DNA from: a virus
Lineage: Duplodnaviria > Caudoviricetes
Strand: one strand, 5' to 3'
Length of the DNA stretch: 64,000 bases
Virus record (IMG/VR): IMGVR_UViG_3300024348_000028
Span: 1,844-65,843 of that record
The notes beneath the pieces were generated by a model that was not told the DNA's origin, searched no databases, and saw only the letters and a program-made list of their open reading frames with translations. Within the stretch, counting starts at the first letter, position 1; every line of letters begins with the position of its first letter. Made by a program: the position numbers and the translations under genes. Of this stretch, positions 49,680-60,047 are shown in pieces.

Positions 49680-50233
49680 GGTTGTATAGTATTTGGACCA
49701 GATGGTAGTTTATTATCTAGTACAAATGTATCCTTATTTGTTGAACTTGACTTAATAAATCGTTTCCATAAAGTTATATTTGTTGGAGCAGCAATCCAAG
49801 ATGATGATGCTCCAGATGAACTTGTTTGGATTCTTTTAATATTTTTTATGTCAATTGGAAGTAATTCACCATTCTTAACTCTTATTTCTACAATGTATTC
49901 TGAGTCTGTATTTAAACCTACTGATGTTCCAGCATAGTTTATTACATTAAAATTAGATACAAACCCAGTATCATATACAATCTGAGCAACTACAACATTA
50001 GATGGTAATTGTGTTGTTGTGTTTGGACTAGCACCAAATGAAATATAATCAATGTCTAAATTCTTAACATAATCTGGAATAGTAATACTAAGAGCTGTTG
50101 TGCTATATAAAGTATTTGTATTTCCAGAAATACCACCTACACCAGATGTGTTTGAATTATAAGGCAGTAAATTACATACTGGCAATATATAAAAAAATTC
50201 ATTGTTTACGACCGCGTTTAAATAATTAGACAT
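49676..50233 (-). CDS. hypothetical protein, paralog of 50243..50914
   Basis: shared YLNA, FYILPVCNL, IDYISF, NITLWK, SSTNK blocks. Confidence 0.75.
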   Translation of the reverse strand: MSNYLNAVVNNEFFYILPVCNLLPYNSNTSGVGGISGNTNTLYSTTALSITIPDYVKNLDIDYISFGASPNTTTQLPSNVVVAQIVYDTGFVSNFNVINYAGTSVGLNTDSEYIVEIRVKNGELLPIDIKNIKRIQTSSSGASSSWIAAPTNITLWKRFIKSSSTNKDTFVLDNKLPSGPNTIQP

Positions 50234-50242
50234 TATTAATCC

Positions 50243-50914
50243 TTATGGAATAAAGTTTGGGTTGATATATTCATTACAACCAGCTGGCAATGAATCTGTT
50301 TTTACAAATATGTTTTTATTTGTAGAAGAAGTGTTTAAAAACTTTTTCCATAAAGTAATATTATATGGACGAGCTTTGTTATTTTTATCTGGAGACTCTG
50401 TTGGAGCTGGAATAAAATCTATATATGTTTCAACAATATCTCGTATTGAATATAAATTATTAAAATCAATACGAATTAATTTACCGTTTTCAGATTTTAC
50501 TTGTATATAATATTTAGCTTCTTCTGTTAAATTATAAGAATTACCGTTTCCATCAATAAATGGATTCGCCCCGTCTTTAATTTCATAAACCAAATTAAAA
50601 ACAACTTCATTAACATCTTGTCCAGCTGTTGTTGCAGCACCAGATGGTGTAGAACTAAATGAAATATAATCAATTCCTATTTGTTTAATATAATTTGGAA
50701 TTACTATTTCATTAAAGTTATCATTATATTGACCAAGATTTTGACCACCAGTTGTTCCTATAGCATATCCAGTAGTAGTCCATTCAGTTATAAATTCTTG
50801 ATCTGATAGATAATCATTTGCTTCAAGTGGAACTGATGGATTAATAGATAAATTACATACTGGAAGAATATAAAACTTTTCTGATTGAACTAAAGCATTT
50901 AAATAATCACTCAT
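50243..50914 (-). CDS. hypothetical protein, paralog of 49676..50233
   Basis: same shared blocks as 49676..50233. Confidence 0.75.
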   Translation of the reverse strand: MSDYLNALVQSEKFYILPVCNLSINPSVPLEANDYLSDQEFITEWTTTGYAIGTTGGQNLGQYNDNFNEIVIPNYIKQIGIDYISFSSTPSGAATTAGQDVNEVVFNLVYEIKDGANPFIDGNGNSYNLTEEAKYYIQVKSENGKLIRIDFNNLYSIRDIVETYIDFIPAPTESPDKNNKARPYNITLWKKFLNTSSTNKNIFVKTDSLPAGCNEYINPNFIP

Positions 50915-51082
50915 AGTTCACCATCCTTTAGTTTTTTCAGTAGTTTATGATACTTCATTCTTATATGTTTTAACGCTTTTTTAAACTCTTCATCTTTGAG
51001 GAAGCTGTCGTATTCTTCTTTGATTCTGCTTGTTTCCCCGTCATTCTCGTTGTTGTTCCGCAATTGCATTTGAATTTAGTCT

Positions 51083-51304
51083 TCATTTCCAAGACACCCT
51101 TTTTGATGAGTTTTTTCTTCGTGTACCTTTTTTATTACACATTGATTTAGTAGGACGGCAAGCAGGATATCCCTTACGCTTGTCTTTAGAACCAGATCTA
51201 CCACAAGGCTTACCAGTCTTGCAGTCTACCCAACCTTTACCTTTATTACGACTAAACCAACCATGTAATCCTTTTTTCTTTTCTAAAGAAAACTTACTTG
51301 CCAC
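51083..51304 (-). CDS. small basic Cys-containing protein
   Basis: WF....KGWVDCKTGKPCGR...YPACRP pattern; GTG start. Confidence 0.7.
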   Translation of the reverse strand: MASKFSLEKKKGLHGWFSRNKGKGWVDCKTGKPCGRSGSKDKRKGYPACRPTKSMCNKKGTRRKNSSKRVSWK

Positions 51305-51443
51305 GGCGAACTCGCTTTGCTAGAAACCCCTTACCCTTACGACATTGAACAGCAGCACCGCTAGCATAGGCACTAGGCCATACTTTGTAAGCAGCCTTAG
51401 CTGCTTTAGCACAAGCATCTAATGGTTTCTTTTTCTTTTTCAT
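51294..51443 (-). CDS. small basic protein (DAC..AKAAYKVWPSAYASGAAVQCRK)
   Basis: manual translation; ATGA coupling. Confidence 0.7.
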   Translation of the reverse strand: MKKKKKPLDACAKAAKAAYKVWPSAYASGAAVQCRKGKGFLAKRVRRGK

Positions 51444-51571
51444 TTTTTCTTTTTTTTCTTAGCGTATTTAGGAAGTGATTTTATTGAGCCAGTTTTTTTA
51501 GCCCATTTTTTAGCAAGTTTAGGTTGCGTAGCAAACATAAACTTTGCTTGTTGTTTTGATTTAAAAGGCAT
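51440..51571 (-). CDS. small basic protein (MPFKSKQQAKFMFA...)
   Basis: manual translation; TAATG coupling. Confidence 0.7.
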   Translation of the reverse strand: MPFKSKQQAKFMFATQPKLAKKWAKKTGSIKSLPKYAKKKKKK

Positions 51572-51870
51572 TATTTCTTACACTTTCTTCCCTTAGGGCA
51601 ACTTGCTTTAGAACCACCGGGACCAGCCCATAGATTCTTGCAAGCCCAATACTTTGCGGTAAGTTTATTTGTTGCTGATGAACAATTATGTCTTGCTTTA
51701 AAAGATTTACGAGCTTTAGCTGAATAATTATGACCATATCCAGTAGCACCATAATGAATAATCTTTTCTTGTCCATTAGCACATGCTTTTACAACACGCT
51801 TTTTATTTGGGTTAGGAGATTTTCGTGGTTTATTGCATGGCATACTAGCTTTATTTAGTTTTCTTTTCAT
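51571..51870 (-). CDS. small basic protein (KIIHYG...ARKSFKARHNC...AKYWAC..LW)
   Basis: motif common in aquatic phage small proteins; ATGA coupling to the portal. Confidence 0.75.
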   Translation of the reverse strand: MKRKLNKASMPCNKPRKSPNPNKKRVVKACANGQEKIIHYGATGYGHNYSAKARKSFKARHNCSSATNKLTAKYWACKNLWAGPGGSKASCPKGRKCKK

Positions 51871-53442
51871 AGTTGAATACCTAATTGTTGGGCCATAGCA
51901 GCAATACCTTGACCTCCATTTTGTTGTAGGTCTTGTTGTGCTGCTTGTGTGGCTGTGTTTATAACGCCATTAGAAGCTGCTTGGCTGGCTTGTTGTTGGA
52001 TTGCTTGCTGTTGCATTGCTGCTCTTTCCTGAGCAATCTGATCTTCGCTCTTAACCCACATTCTTGGATCAAAACCAAGAGATGAAATTAAAGCTTTTGA
52101 ATAAGCATCCCATTTAAAAGTTTGTAATGCTTCTTGTGGTAAGTTTCTAACCATATCACCCATTTGCATTAACTTCTGTAAATCAGAGTCTCTTGATAAT
52201 GCTTGTAGTCCTGTTACAATCTCAACATTTAAAGTACCGTCTTTTTCAAAGAATTGTTCATTCATTCTTTCATCCATGTCACCGTTTGAAAGCATTACAA
52301 AGACTGTTCTTTTTACAATTGGTTCCATAAGATCTCTGGCAATAGCAGAGAAAGCACCACCAAGTACTGTTTCTAATTCAGAGCCAATCATTCTTACGGC
52401 TGTTGCTGTTACACGATCACCAGTAGGAATAGCACCGCGTGTCATTAAGAAAGCTTCAGCAACTTCTGTACGCATTTCTTGAACAGCAGCCTGAGTAGAT
52501 GCAATTTGTGGGTTTAATGTATTTGCTGGACTTACACAAAATATATCTGCTTGTCTTGCTGGAATAAATGAACCATTACTAGATGATGCTATGTCATCAA
52601 TTTCAGTTAAACCACTTGGATCTACACCAATCCAGAATGTTGATCCAGCAGCCATACCTTCAATATGGGCCTGTGTATAGTTTTCTAGGCTTGTTAGATC
52701 TCCAAGGATATCTTCGCAATGGGATCTACCATAGTTTTCACCAACAATACCATACCATCTTAGTGGAATAATAGGAATAACTGAATAATCACCAGTAGAG
52801 AATACCTCTCCATTTTCTACCAATCCATGTTTTTTCATCTTCATCTAAAGTATACTGACAATACAATGTCTTATAACCTTTTCTTGTTTCAAGATTTCCA
52901 CCATTAGATTGTTCTATGTATTCTTCAACTGGATCAATAGGAACATACTCAAGATAAATAACTTCTATTACTTTACCATGAACATTTCGTTGTATTACAT
53001 ACTGATCAATTCTTAAGTTTCTAAATGAAAACTCATCATCCATTACAACCATTACATCACCTACAATTATAAGATGTTGTAGTGCTTGGAAGATAGTATC
53101 TCTTAAGTTGTTAGATACAATTTTATTATATACTTGGAAACTAAGAGTTTCAAGATATGATTTAATTTCCGGTGTTGGTTCTGCTCCATTTTTCAAACCA
53201 AACTTAAAGAATGGAGAGTCGTTTAATGGCATAAGGGCAGATAACATTCTGCTTGCCATTGCTGTTACACCACGACTTGCTATAGATGAGTATGGTTGTG
53301 GGAGGTTTGCGTCTTCAGCCCAACCTCTTGGTGGCAGAACAGAAGGAATAGTTAGGCTAGCACACTTTCTAGCAATGTCGATTCGGTACTGTCTTCTACC
53401 ATCTAGTGTTCTAAAGCGTTCAGCTAATGTTTGTTCTGCCAT
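51867..53442 (-). CDS. portal (head-tail connector, gp8-like), interrupted by a frameshift near 52820
   Basis: N-part: CASLTIP, YSSIASRGV...ASRMLSALMP...FFK; C-part: GENYGRS, DRVTATAVR..ELE..LGGAFS, IVTGLQAL.R; two overlapping frames. Confidence 0.9.
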
Positions 53443-53454
53443 GTTTATCACCTA

Positions 53455-53796
53455 TTAACCTTGTGGTCTTTGTAAATAACTGTCAAGACCTTGATATAAT
53501 GAACCATAAGTATCTTGAAGTTTCTTAACTTCATCTCCACTTAATCCAACATCTTTTGCTTTAACTTCACTAGCTATTTCACTTTCTGCTGCCTGTTGTT
53601 GTTCAACAGAAAGTCTTTCAGCATCTTTCATAGCCTGAAGTTGTGCTTGTTCATTTTCTTTTCGAAGTTTTTCGTACTCTAAAAGATTCTTTTGTCTTGT
53701 TGTTTCTGCTTCTTTAGCAATTTCAGCTTGCTTTGTAAGCATAGAATCATATTCGGCAGCTGACATACCGCCTTGAATTGAAGGTGCTCCACCCAT
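53455..53796 (-). CDS. small virion protein (gp7.3-like position)
   Basis: MGG.P start, coiled coil, directly upstream of portal; AAGGAG RBS. Confidence 0.6.
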   Translation of the reverse strand: MGGAPSIQGGMSAAEYDSMLTKQAEIAKEAETTRQKNLLEYEKLRKENEQAQLQAMKDAERLSVEQQQAAESEIASEVKAKDVGLSGDEVKKLQDTYGSLYQGLDSYLQRPQG

Positions 53797-53806
53797 ATGT
53801 ATCTCC

Positions 53807-55255
53807 TTATGCTGGTCTTGAAATAAATGTTGCTCTTGGTGTTGAAGTACCAGAGAACGATGTTGTTCTATCTAATTGGTTATTTAATAAATCTCTTCTA
53901 ATTTGCTGTGCATCTAAATCACTTAGTGAGTGTTGTGCACCAGAAACACTAGTTTTACTTTTAATAGTACTAAGAATTGAATCAAGACCACTAAGAGTAG
54001 AAGCCTTAGTTTTATTCATTGTATCCCAATTAATCTTAGCTGATTGAATTGCTTTTTCAAGTTCATTATAAGCAGAAGAATAAGAATTATAAACAAGTTG
54101 TCCGGTTTTTTTAGCTGTGTCTACATAACCAGATTTAATATTATTAAAACTAACTGTTTGTGGTTGACCTCTGTAACCTGAACTTAAACCTGCTGTATTA
54201 GTATATTCAGATAAATTTTTAAACATGGATGTTTCTTGTGCTTTTGCATCAGCTATTAATGCTTTATACCCAGACAAATCTATAATAGAAAGATATGGGT
54301 TTTTTAAATTAGATTGTAAAAGAGTTTCTTCTTTTGTTTTAAGATCATTTAGTTTTGTTAAAAAAGAACTTTCAACATCATTTTCTTTTACTTTTAATCC
54401 CTCTAAGAAATTAACTTTATATCTTTCTTTTTCAATAGAAATTGGATCTACTGTAATTCTAGTATCGTTTGGGTTGTTTCCAAATTGAACTGGTTTTATA
54501 AAGTTTTGTATATAACTAGTACTATCTTTATTAATTAAATCACTAAATAATGAATTAATTCCAATTGTGTTAAGGCGATCTTGTGTGATTGTATTGTAGT
54601 TATTTTTATTACTTTTTTTATCGTATTGATCAGGAGAGTGAAAATAAGCTGCTCTATTTTCTGCCATTGTTTTTAATACATACATTTCCTGATCTGTAAA
54701 AGTAGCTTGATTTTTTCTTGTTTGTTGATTATATATAGTTGGATTTGTTAACAATTTATTAAATTGATCTTCTGTTATAGATACTGGTTTTGTAACAAAT
54801 CCTCCTTGCCAATTTCTAGGACCAAAAGATTCAAATGTTTGCATTGTTTGAGCTAGTCCAGCTTGTCCAGCTTTTTCTAATAAACCACCTTTTATAAACA
54901 AGTTGTTTATATCAGAAACTTGTTGAATACCAAATTTAGTTTTTTCAACCATATTTTCTTGGTATGTTTTTCCAGCAGAAGAAATATCGCTTATTGAAGT
55001 AACTAATTTATCTGTTATAGTTGGTTCAATTGATTTTGCTTGTTGCTGTAAAGATCTTAATTGAGCAACTTCTCTACTAGTAAATTTTTGCTTTGGTTGG
55101 GTAGTTGTTTGTTTATATCCACCAGAGTAGTTAGATTCTGAAATAGCACTAGCTCTTTTTGTTGCAGAATATTTTTCAATATTAGCTGATCTTTGTTGTG
55201 CTATATCAGAAGCTCTTTTCATAATATCTGTTAAATACGATGAGAAATTAGACAT
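53807..55255 (-). CDS. hypothetical protein (482 aa), possibly structural
   Basis: long ORF with AAGGAG RBS; no recognisable motif. Confidence 0.7.
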   Translation of the reverse strand: MSNFSSYLTDIMKRASDIAQQRSANIEKYSATKRASAISESNYSGGYKQTTTQPKQKFTSREVAQLRSLQQQAKSIEPTITDKLVTSISDISSAGKTYQENMVEKTKFGIQQVSDINNLFIKGGLLEKAGQAGLAQTMQTFESFGPRNWQGGFVTKPVSITEDQFNKLLTNPTIYNQQTRKNQATFTDQEMYVLKTMAENRAAYFHSPDQYDKKSNKNNYNTITQDRLNTIGINSLFSDLINKDSTSYIQNFIKPVQFGNNPNDTRITVDPISIEKERYKVNFLEGLKVKENDVESSFLTKLNDLKTKEETLLQSNLKNPYLSIIDLSGYKALIADAKAQETSMFKNLSEYTNTAGLSSGYRGQPQTVSFNNIKSGYVDTAKKTGQLVYNSYSSAYNELEKAIQSAKINWDTMNKTKASTLSGLDSILSTIKSKTSVSGAQHSLSDLDAQQIRRDLLNNQLDRTTSFSGTSTPRATFISRPA

Positions 55256-55442
55256 TTAATCTCTCCTTTTGTTGTTTTTCAAACATACTTTTTAATTTAT
55301 TTACTACATCCATTTGACCAGCAGAAAATGCAGATTCCCTAGTAAAGTCTTCACTGCTTAAAGATGGATCGTAAACTAAAGGACGATACATCTTTTCTAG
55401 AATCTTTATCAGTTCCTCGTCTATCCTCGGGTACTTGTTCAT
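55248..55442 (-). CDS. T7 gp6.5-like small protein
   Basis: P.I.EELI..LE...AGQ.DVVN.LK pattern and position. Confidence 0.6.
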   Translation of the reverse strand: MNKYPRIDEELIKILEKMYRPLVYDPSLSSEDFTRESAFSAGQMDVVNKLKSMFEKQQKERLNV

Positions 55443-55610
55443 TTATTTTATCCACTTTTTCTGGTGTTACATTAATGGCGTTAATTTTATTTTCAAGTTC
55501 TTCAATTTTTTCTAATAGAGATTTAACTACTAAAATTAATTCTGATGTTGAAATAGTTGCACCAAGTTTTAGTCTAGTTGACATTTGTTCTTTTGAATAC
55601 ATATTTTACC

Positions 55611-57494
55611 TCAAGAAAGATCTACAATTTCGCAAGCCCCAGCTGTACAAGCCATAGCGTGTGATGCTTTTGTTGAATCTTCTTTTTCATAGTTTTGTAG
55701 TAATGACCAATCAACCTCAATCTTTGGAGTCATGTTATAGGTTCTTGCATCAATTTCTTCAAATGGTGCTTGAGCATAAACATGGTCTGATTTAGGAAGG
55801 AAAGAAATACCAGAAATTTCATTAAAGTTTTCATATACCCATTGACCGATTGATAAGAACTCATCATCACCATAAGATACAGTAATAGATGGCTTGTGGT
55901 GGCAATAGGATTGCTGATATGTATTCCATAGTTCTAGATGATCTAGAGCCTTTAGATTCTTTTGTGTAATAGAATCTGCTGGTGCTTTCTGAGCAAATGT
56001 AAAGATTGTTGTTGAATCTGGGTTTACAACACAATCTTCTGATTGAACACCAGAATCCTTTAGGAATGCACACATTGGATCTTTCTTATCCATACGAACT
56101 CTTCGGTAATAGAACTGGGCATATCTTGGATGAAGACCGCTGGCTGAATCAGCAAGGCAACTAGTAGTTCCTTCTGGCTTAATACAAGTAATTGACTTAC
56201 TTGGGTTAATACCAAGCTTTTCAGACCACTCTAAATTAACTTTTGTTGAGTGTTCTCTAAATGATTCAAGAGCATGGGCTAGTTTACCCATTCCTTTGGA
56301 GCCATTCATAAGCGCATTATCAAAGATACCAGTCATCGAAACTCCAAGTAGTCTTTCTTCTTCACAATTCTTTTGCCAATCGCTCGAAAGATATGGGAAG
56401 TTTGTAAACATACTTTGAACTGTACCAATAATGGTAGCTATTTCAATTTTCTTTTTAATAGAAACAACTGTATCTTCTGGCTTAAGTACAATAGTACTTA
56501 GGTTACAGAATTGATTTGGTCGTAGAATAATTTCTGAGCATGGGTTAGTACCATACTCAACATTTTCATTTCGACCTGCTTTAACTGCAATAGCTCTCAT
56601 AGCTTGTCTATTACAAATACCACGCTCACCTGAGTGGCTGTTGTATAATTCAGTCCACTCTTCTAGGAATTGCCCTAGTGATGGACGGCTATAGTATACG
56701 GCAGAGTTGTTAGCAAGTGCTCTATGGCCACTAGATGCCCACCAAGATCCGCTCTTACACTTAGCCATCTCTCTGTCTGATAGATCTGACAATGAGATCA
56801 TGGCTGATCTACGAACACCACCTACAATTACTGACTGTGCAATCTTGCAGCAAATGTCATGGCATTCTAGTGCTGTAAGGGATCTACCTTGAGCGGTATA
56901 GAATGTTTGTGTAATAAATCTAAAGACTTCTTCAAGAGGACCGGGGCCACTAGCGCGACCACCAAAGGTCTTTAACTTAGCACCAGATGGTCTTACCTTA
57001 CTGGTGTCCCACTTTGGATGGATACCTTCATAAAGATTGGTTATTAGATTAAATAGTGCATTGCACCATCCTTCTCTTGAGTCACCTACTTCAACAATCT
57101 TATTAAAATTCTTTTCAATTTTTGCTGGTACTTGTCCTAGTTTGCTAGTACATCGTTGTTCTACAGAGTAGCCAACGCCAGTACCACACATAAGAATATA
57201 CATAAGATTACTGAATGATTTAATTGAGTCTATTTCTAGATATGAGCAATTATATAATGCTGTATGGTCTTTATCAAGGGCTGGTCCTGCTGTCATTAGA
57301 CCACGCATACTTGGAAGTACTTCTAGATTTAGAATAGCTTCCTTAATATCTGGCCGTTCTAGAAGGACAGATGCCTTGCTAGAAAAGTAGTTCCACCAAC
57401 GGTCTACTGTTTCTTCCCAAGTTTCTCTACGACCCTCAGATTCAATCCAACGACTATAACGACTAAGTGCAATAAAATTTTGAAATGTATTCAT
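55611..57494 (-). CDS. nrdJ: class II (B12-dependent, monomeric) ribonucleotide reductase
   Basis: RYSRW..RRETW.ETV.R, YNCS, GGVRRSA, TNPCSEI, KPEGT, C-terminal CTAGAC; no beta subunit nearby. Confidence 0.92.
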   Translation of the reverse strand: MNTFQNFIALSRYSRWIESEGRRETWEETVDRWWNYFSSKASVLLERPDIKEAILNLEVLPSMRGLMTAGPALDKDHTALYNCSYLEIDSIKSFSNLMYILMCGTGVGYSVEQRCTSKLGQVPAKIEKNFNKIVEVGDSREGWCNALFNLITNLYEGIHPKWDTSKVRPSGAKLKTFGGRASGPGPLEEVFRFITQTFYTAQGRSLTALECHDICCKIAQSVIVGGVRRSAMISLSDLSDREMAKCKSGSWWASSGHRALANNSAVYYSRPSLGQFLEEWTELYNSHSGERGICNRQAMRAIAVKAGRNENVEYGTNPCSEIILRPNQFCNLSTIVLKPEDTVVSIKKKIEIATIIGTVQSMFTNFPYLSSDWQKNCEEERLLGVSMTGIFDNALMNGSKGMGKLAHALESFREHSTKVNLEWSEKLGINPSKSITCIKPEGTTSCLADSASGLHPRYAQFYYRRVRMDKKDPMCAFLKDSGVQSEDCVVNPDSTTIFTFAQKAPADSITQKNLKALDHLELWNTYQQSYCHHKPSITVSYGDDEFLSIGQWVYENFNEISGISFLPKSDHVYAQAPFEEIDARTYNMTPKIEVDWSLLQNYEKEDSTKASHAMACTAGACEIVDLS

Positions 57495-58090
57495 TATTTA
57501 ACTCCAGTTGATCCAAAACCACCAGTATTTCTTTTAGTATCTGAAAGTTGTCTTACTTGTTTTAATTGAGGCGTGAAGCAATCAATTATAAGCAATTGAG
57601 CAATTCTTTCACCTTTATTAATCGAAGCTCTTTTAGATTGGGATGTATTTCTAATTGGAACTAGAATTTCACCTCTATAATCTGAATCAATTAAACCAAC
57701 ACCATTTGCTAATGAAAGTGGTGTTTTAGATGCAAGACTAGATCTAATTAAAAGCAATCCACACTTTCCTTTTGGAATTTCAATACTAAGACCAGTTGGA
57801 ACTAAGTGGACATCTCCTGCTCTAAATAACAAAAATGACTCTTGAAAATTTGCAATTAAATCGTAAGCAGCAGCACCCTCAGTCTTTAGTTCTGGGGTAT
57901 AGTTATTACACTTTATATTAATAACTTGTTTTTGTTCTTGCTTTTTTCTTTTTGGAATAAAGTAAAAACTACTGGCTACATACGAACTTTTTTTATTTCC
58001 AGAAAAATACCTTTTAATAACTAACCAAAGATTCTGTGGTAGGTATACAACCCATCTTTTAATAAACATTTTAAAACTAAATTCACTCAT
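57494..58090 (-). CDS. dut: trimeric dUTPase
   Basis: AAAYDL, RSSL, GLIDSDYRGE, GERIAQL, R..GGFGSTG. Confidence 0.95.
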   Translation of the reverse strand: MSEFSFKMFIKRWVVYLPQNLWLVIKRYFSGNKKSSYVASSFYFIPKRKKQEQKQVINIKCNNYTPELKTEGAAAYDLIANFQESFLLFRAGDVHLVPTGLSIEIPKGKCGLLLIRSSLASKTPLSLANGVGLIDSDYRGEILVPIRNTSQSKRASINKGERIAQLLIIDCFTPQLKQVRQLSDTKRNTGGFGSTGVK

Positions 58091-58115
58091 TTGCCAACCT
58101 TTCTGAAAATATCTT

Positions 58116-58871
58116 TTAGCTCCAACAATTGGGAGTCCAAAGATTAATTTCTTTATCTACATTCTTTTGTGTGATTTTATTGACCGATAACGCACCATAA
58201 CGCAATATTCTTACACACCTAGCCATAGCTATGCAATAATCATAAGTATATCTATTTTTATTTCTATCTAAAGCTTGCTCATAAGTTGCTAAAACAGCCG
58301 CAGTTCTATTAGAAATAGAAACACTATCTATTATCTTAGATGCTTTGGCTGGTCCCATTTTCCAGATACCCGGAATATTGTCCGTAGTATCTCCTGTTAA
58401 CCATTGTAGGTGGAAGTTTCTATCGGCTTCTTCCTCAGACACTAGGACAGGCTCTGCTTCCTTGTCAGGGTTCCAATGCCATCCCGGCACACTACGGAGA
58501 TCCTTGTCGATTGTGACGGCTATACAGCCCCTAGATGGGCTAGAGGCAGCAATACCCATGAAGTCATCAGCCTCAATTTGATTACCTACTACAAACTTAT
58601 CACATACATTTTTAACAATTTGTTCTACTTCTAATCTACAATCAGGAGCATGGCTTCCGGTATCTCTATGGGCTTTATAGAGTTCCCATATTTTTCGCCT
58701 AAAGTTTTTAGACCGTGGGCATGAAAAAGCTAGGAGAACTTCGGTTACATTTGGCGGGGTCCAAGAGGATATGGCGTGTTCTGCCCATAGTTCAATATCC
58801 TCTAGACCCTCAGCCTCTGCCCTAAAAGCTAATCTATAAGCTATAATATCGCCATCCAAGATTGCTTTCAT
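58116..58871 (-). CDS. 5'-3' exonuclease (T7 gp6-like)
   Basis: DGDIIAY, NFR, YKAHR, EADD, DKDL, GDTTDNIPG. Confidence 0.93.
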   Translation of the reverse strand: MKAILDGDIIAYRLAFRAEAEGLEDIELWAEHAISSWTPPNVTEVLLAFSCPRSKNFRRKIWELYKAHRDTGSHAPDCRLEVEQIVKNVCDKFVVGNQIEADDFMGIAASSPSRGCIAVTIDKDLRSVPGWHWNPDKEAEPVLVSEEEADRNFHLQWLTGDTTDNIPGIWKMGPAKASKIIDSVSISNRTAAVLATYEQALDRNKNRYTYDYCIAMARCVRILRYGALSVNKITQKNVDKEINLWTPNCWS

Positions 58872-59599
58872 TCTTTACCTTCTTCTTCTTCAAGAGCTTT
58901 ATCAAGTAAATCCATTAATTCTTGGATTACCTTATCTTGATTAGGCTCTCTACCTTCTCTATTAGCTTTGCATAGTTCGCAATCACAATCAGCTCTACTT
59001 GTGTCCGCAATAAGATTTAACCAAGTAGGAATGTTCTTTAAACAATGCTTTTTAAATACATCTAAAGTACTATCGTTTGTAAGTTTATATTGAAATACTT
59101 CACCATAATCTTTGTGATTATTTTCAATATTGTTTGCCATTTCTTCGCTTGGATGACTACGCCACTCAGCCTGATCTTCAATAAGTTTTCTTTTACCTTG
59201 CTTAATAAAGATTGTTGTAGCACCATATTCTCTAGCCTTAGCTACTTCATTCATATAACGACAATCATCTACAATAACAACTCTTTCTTTCCAGATATCA
59301 TCCCTCTCAAGTAGAGTTTGTTCTTCTTTTCTAATTGCTTCTACAGCAGCAGTCCACTCATTTACCCAATGATCTGGATTCTTAATTCGCATAGATTCGC
59401 CTAATGTCTGGCAAAACTTTCTATACTCTTCTGAATTCTTATCCTTAGTTAGTCCTTTACTTTCAGCGGCTTTCTTAAGACCATAAGCAAATGGAACCAT
59501 CTTAGGAGTAAGGTTATTATTTAGACAATACTCAGCAATAATATTTGCCATTGTAGTCTTACCGACTCTTGCCTTACCGCCAATCATTACTATGATCAT
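58868..59599 (-). CDS. deoxynucleoside monophosphate kinase-like P-loop protein
   Basis: GKARVGKTT, FA..LK, Q.LG...R, DDCRYMNE, HPSE. Confidence 0.8.
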   Translation of the reverse strand: MIIVMIGGKARVGKTTMANIIAEYCLNNNLTPKMVPFAYGLKKAAESKGLTKDKNSEEYRKFCQTLGESMRIKNPDHWVNEWTAAVEAIRKEEQTLLERDDIWKERVVIVDDCRYMNEVAKAREYGATTIFIKQGKRKLIEDQAEWRSHPSEEMANNIENNHKDYGEVFQYKLTNDSTLDVFKKHCLKNIPTWLNLIADTSRADCDCELCKANREGREPNQDKVIQELMDLLDKALEEEEGKE

Positions 59600-60047
59600 G
59601 TTGTACCTCCTCTAGTAAAAGACTAGGAATGTTTCTGTTTTGTAGTTTGTAACCAAGATTACTATTTAACCAATCAACTGCTAGCGTACCACAATGGTGT
59701 GGCTTATACTTAATAAATCTACCAAAGAAAAACCAAAAGATTAACTTATACCAAGTACTTACTTTGTGTGTTTCTGTTACTTTTTTAATTTCTTCAATAC
59801 AAGTATCATAACTTCCCATGTACTTTTTGTAGATTAAAACCGCTCCTTTTTTCTCAAGGATATATGTAGTAAGTAATCTACATCTTTCACCATCTAAAAC
59901 CATAGGAGTTAAACTAGCAAAAGGTAAATCAAATATTAAAGCAACATGAGTTACTTTAGATCTTGTTAATAGTTTTATTAAAGTACTTCTAAACCAGCCT
60001 AAACCAGTAGTGTTATCATAAAATGCTAAATATATATCTGCTTTCAT
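59574..60047 (-). CDS. permuted papain-like (NlpC/P60 YiiX-type) protein
   Basis: LIKLLTRSKVTHVALI (His) precedes HHCGTL (Cys), ending IPSLL. Confidence 0.55.
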   Translation of the reverse strand: MKADIYLAFYDNTTGLGWFRSTLIKLLTRSKVTHVALIFDLPFASLTPMVLDGERCRLLTTYILEKKGAVLIYKKYMGSYDTCIEEIKKVTETHKVSTWYKLIFWFFFGRFIKYKPHHCGTLAVDWLNSNLGYKLQNRNIPSLLLEEVQHDHSNDWR

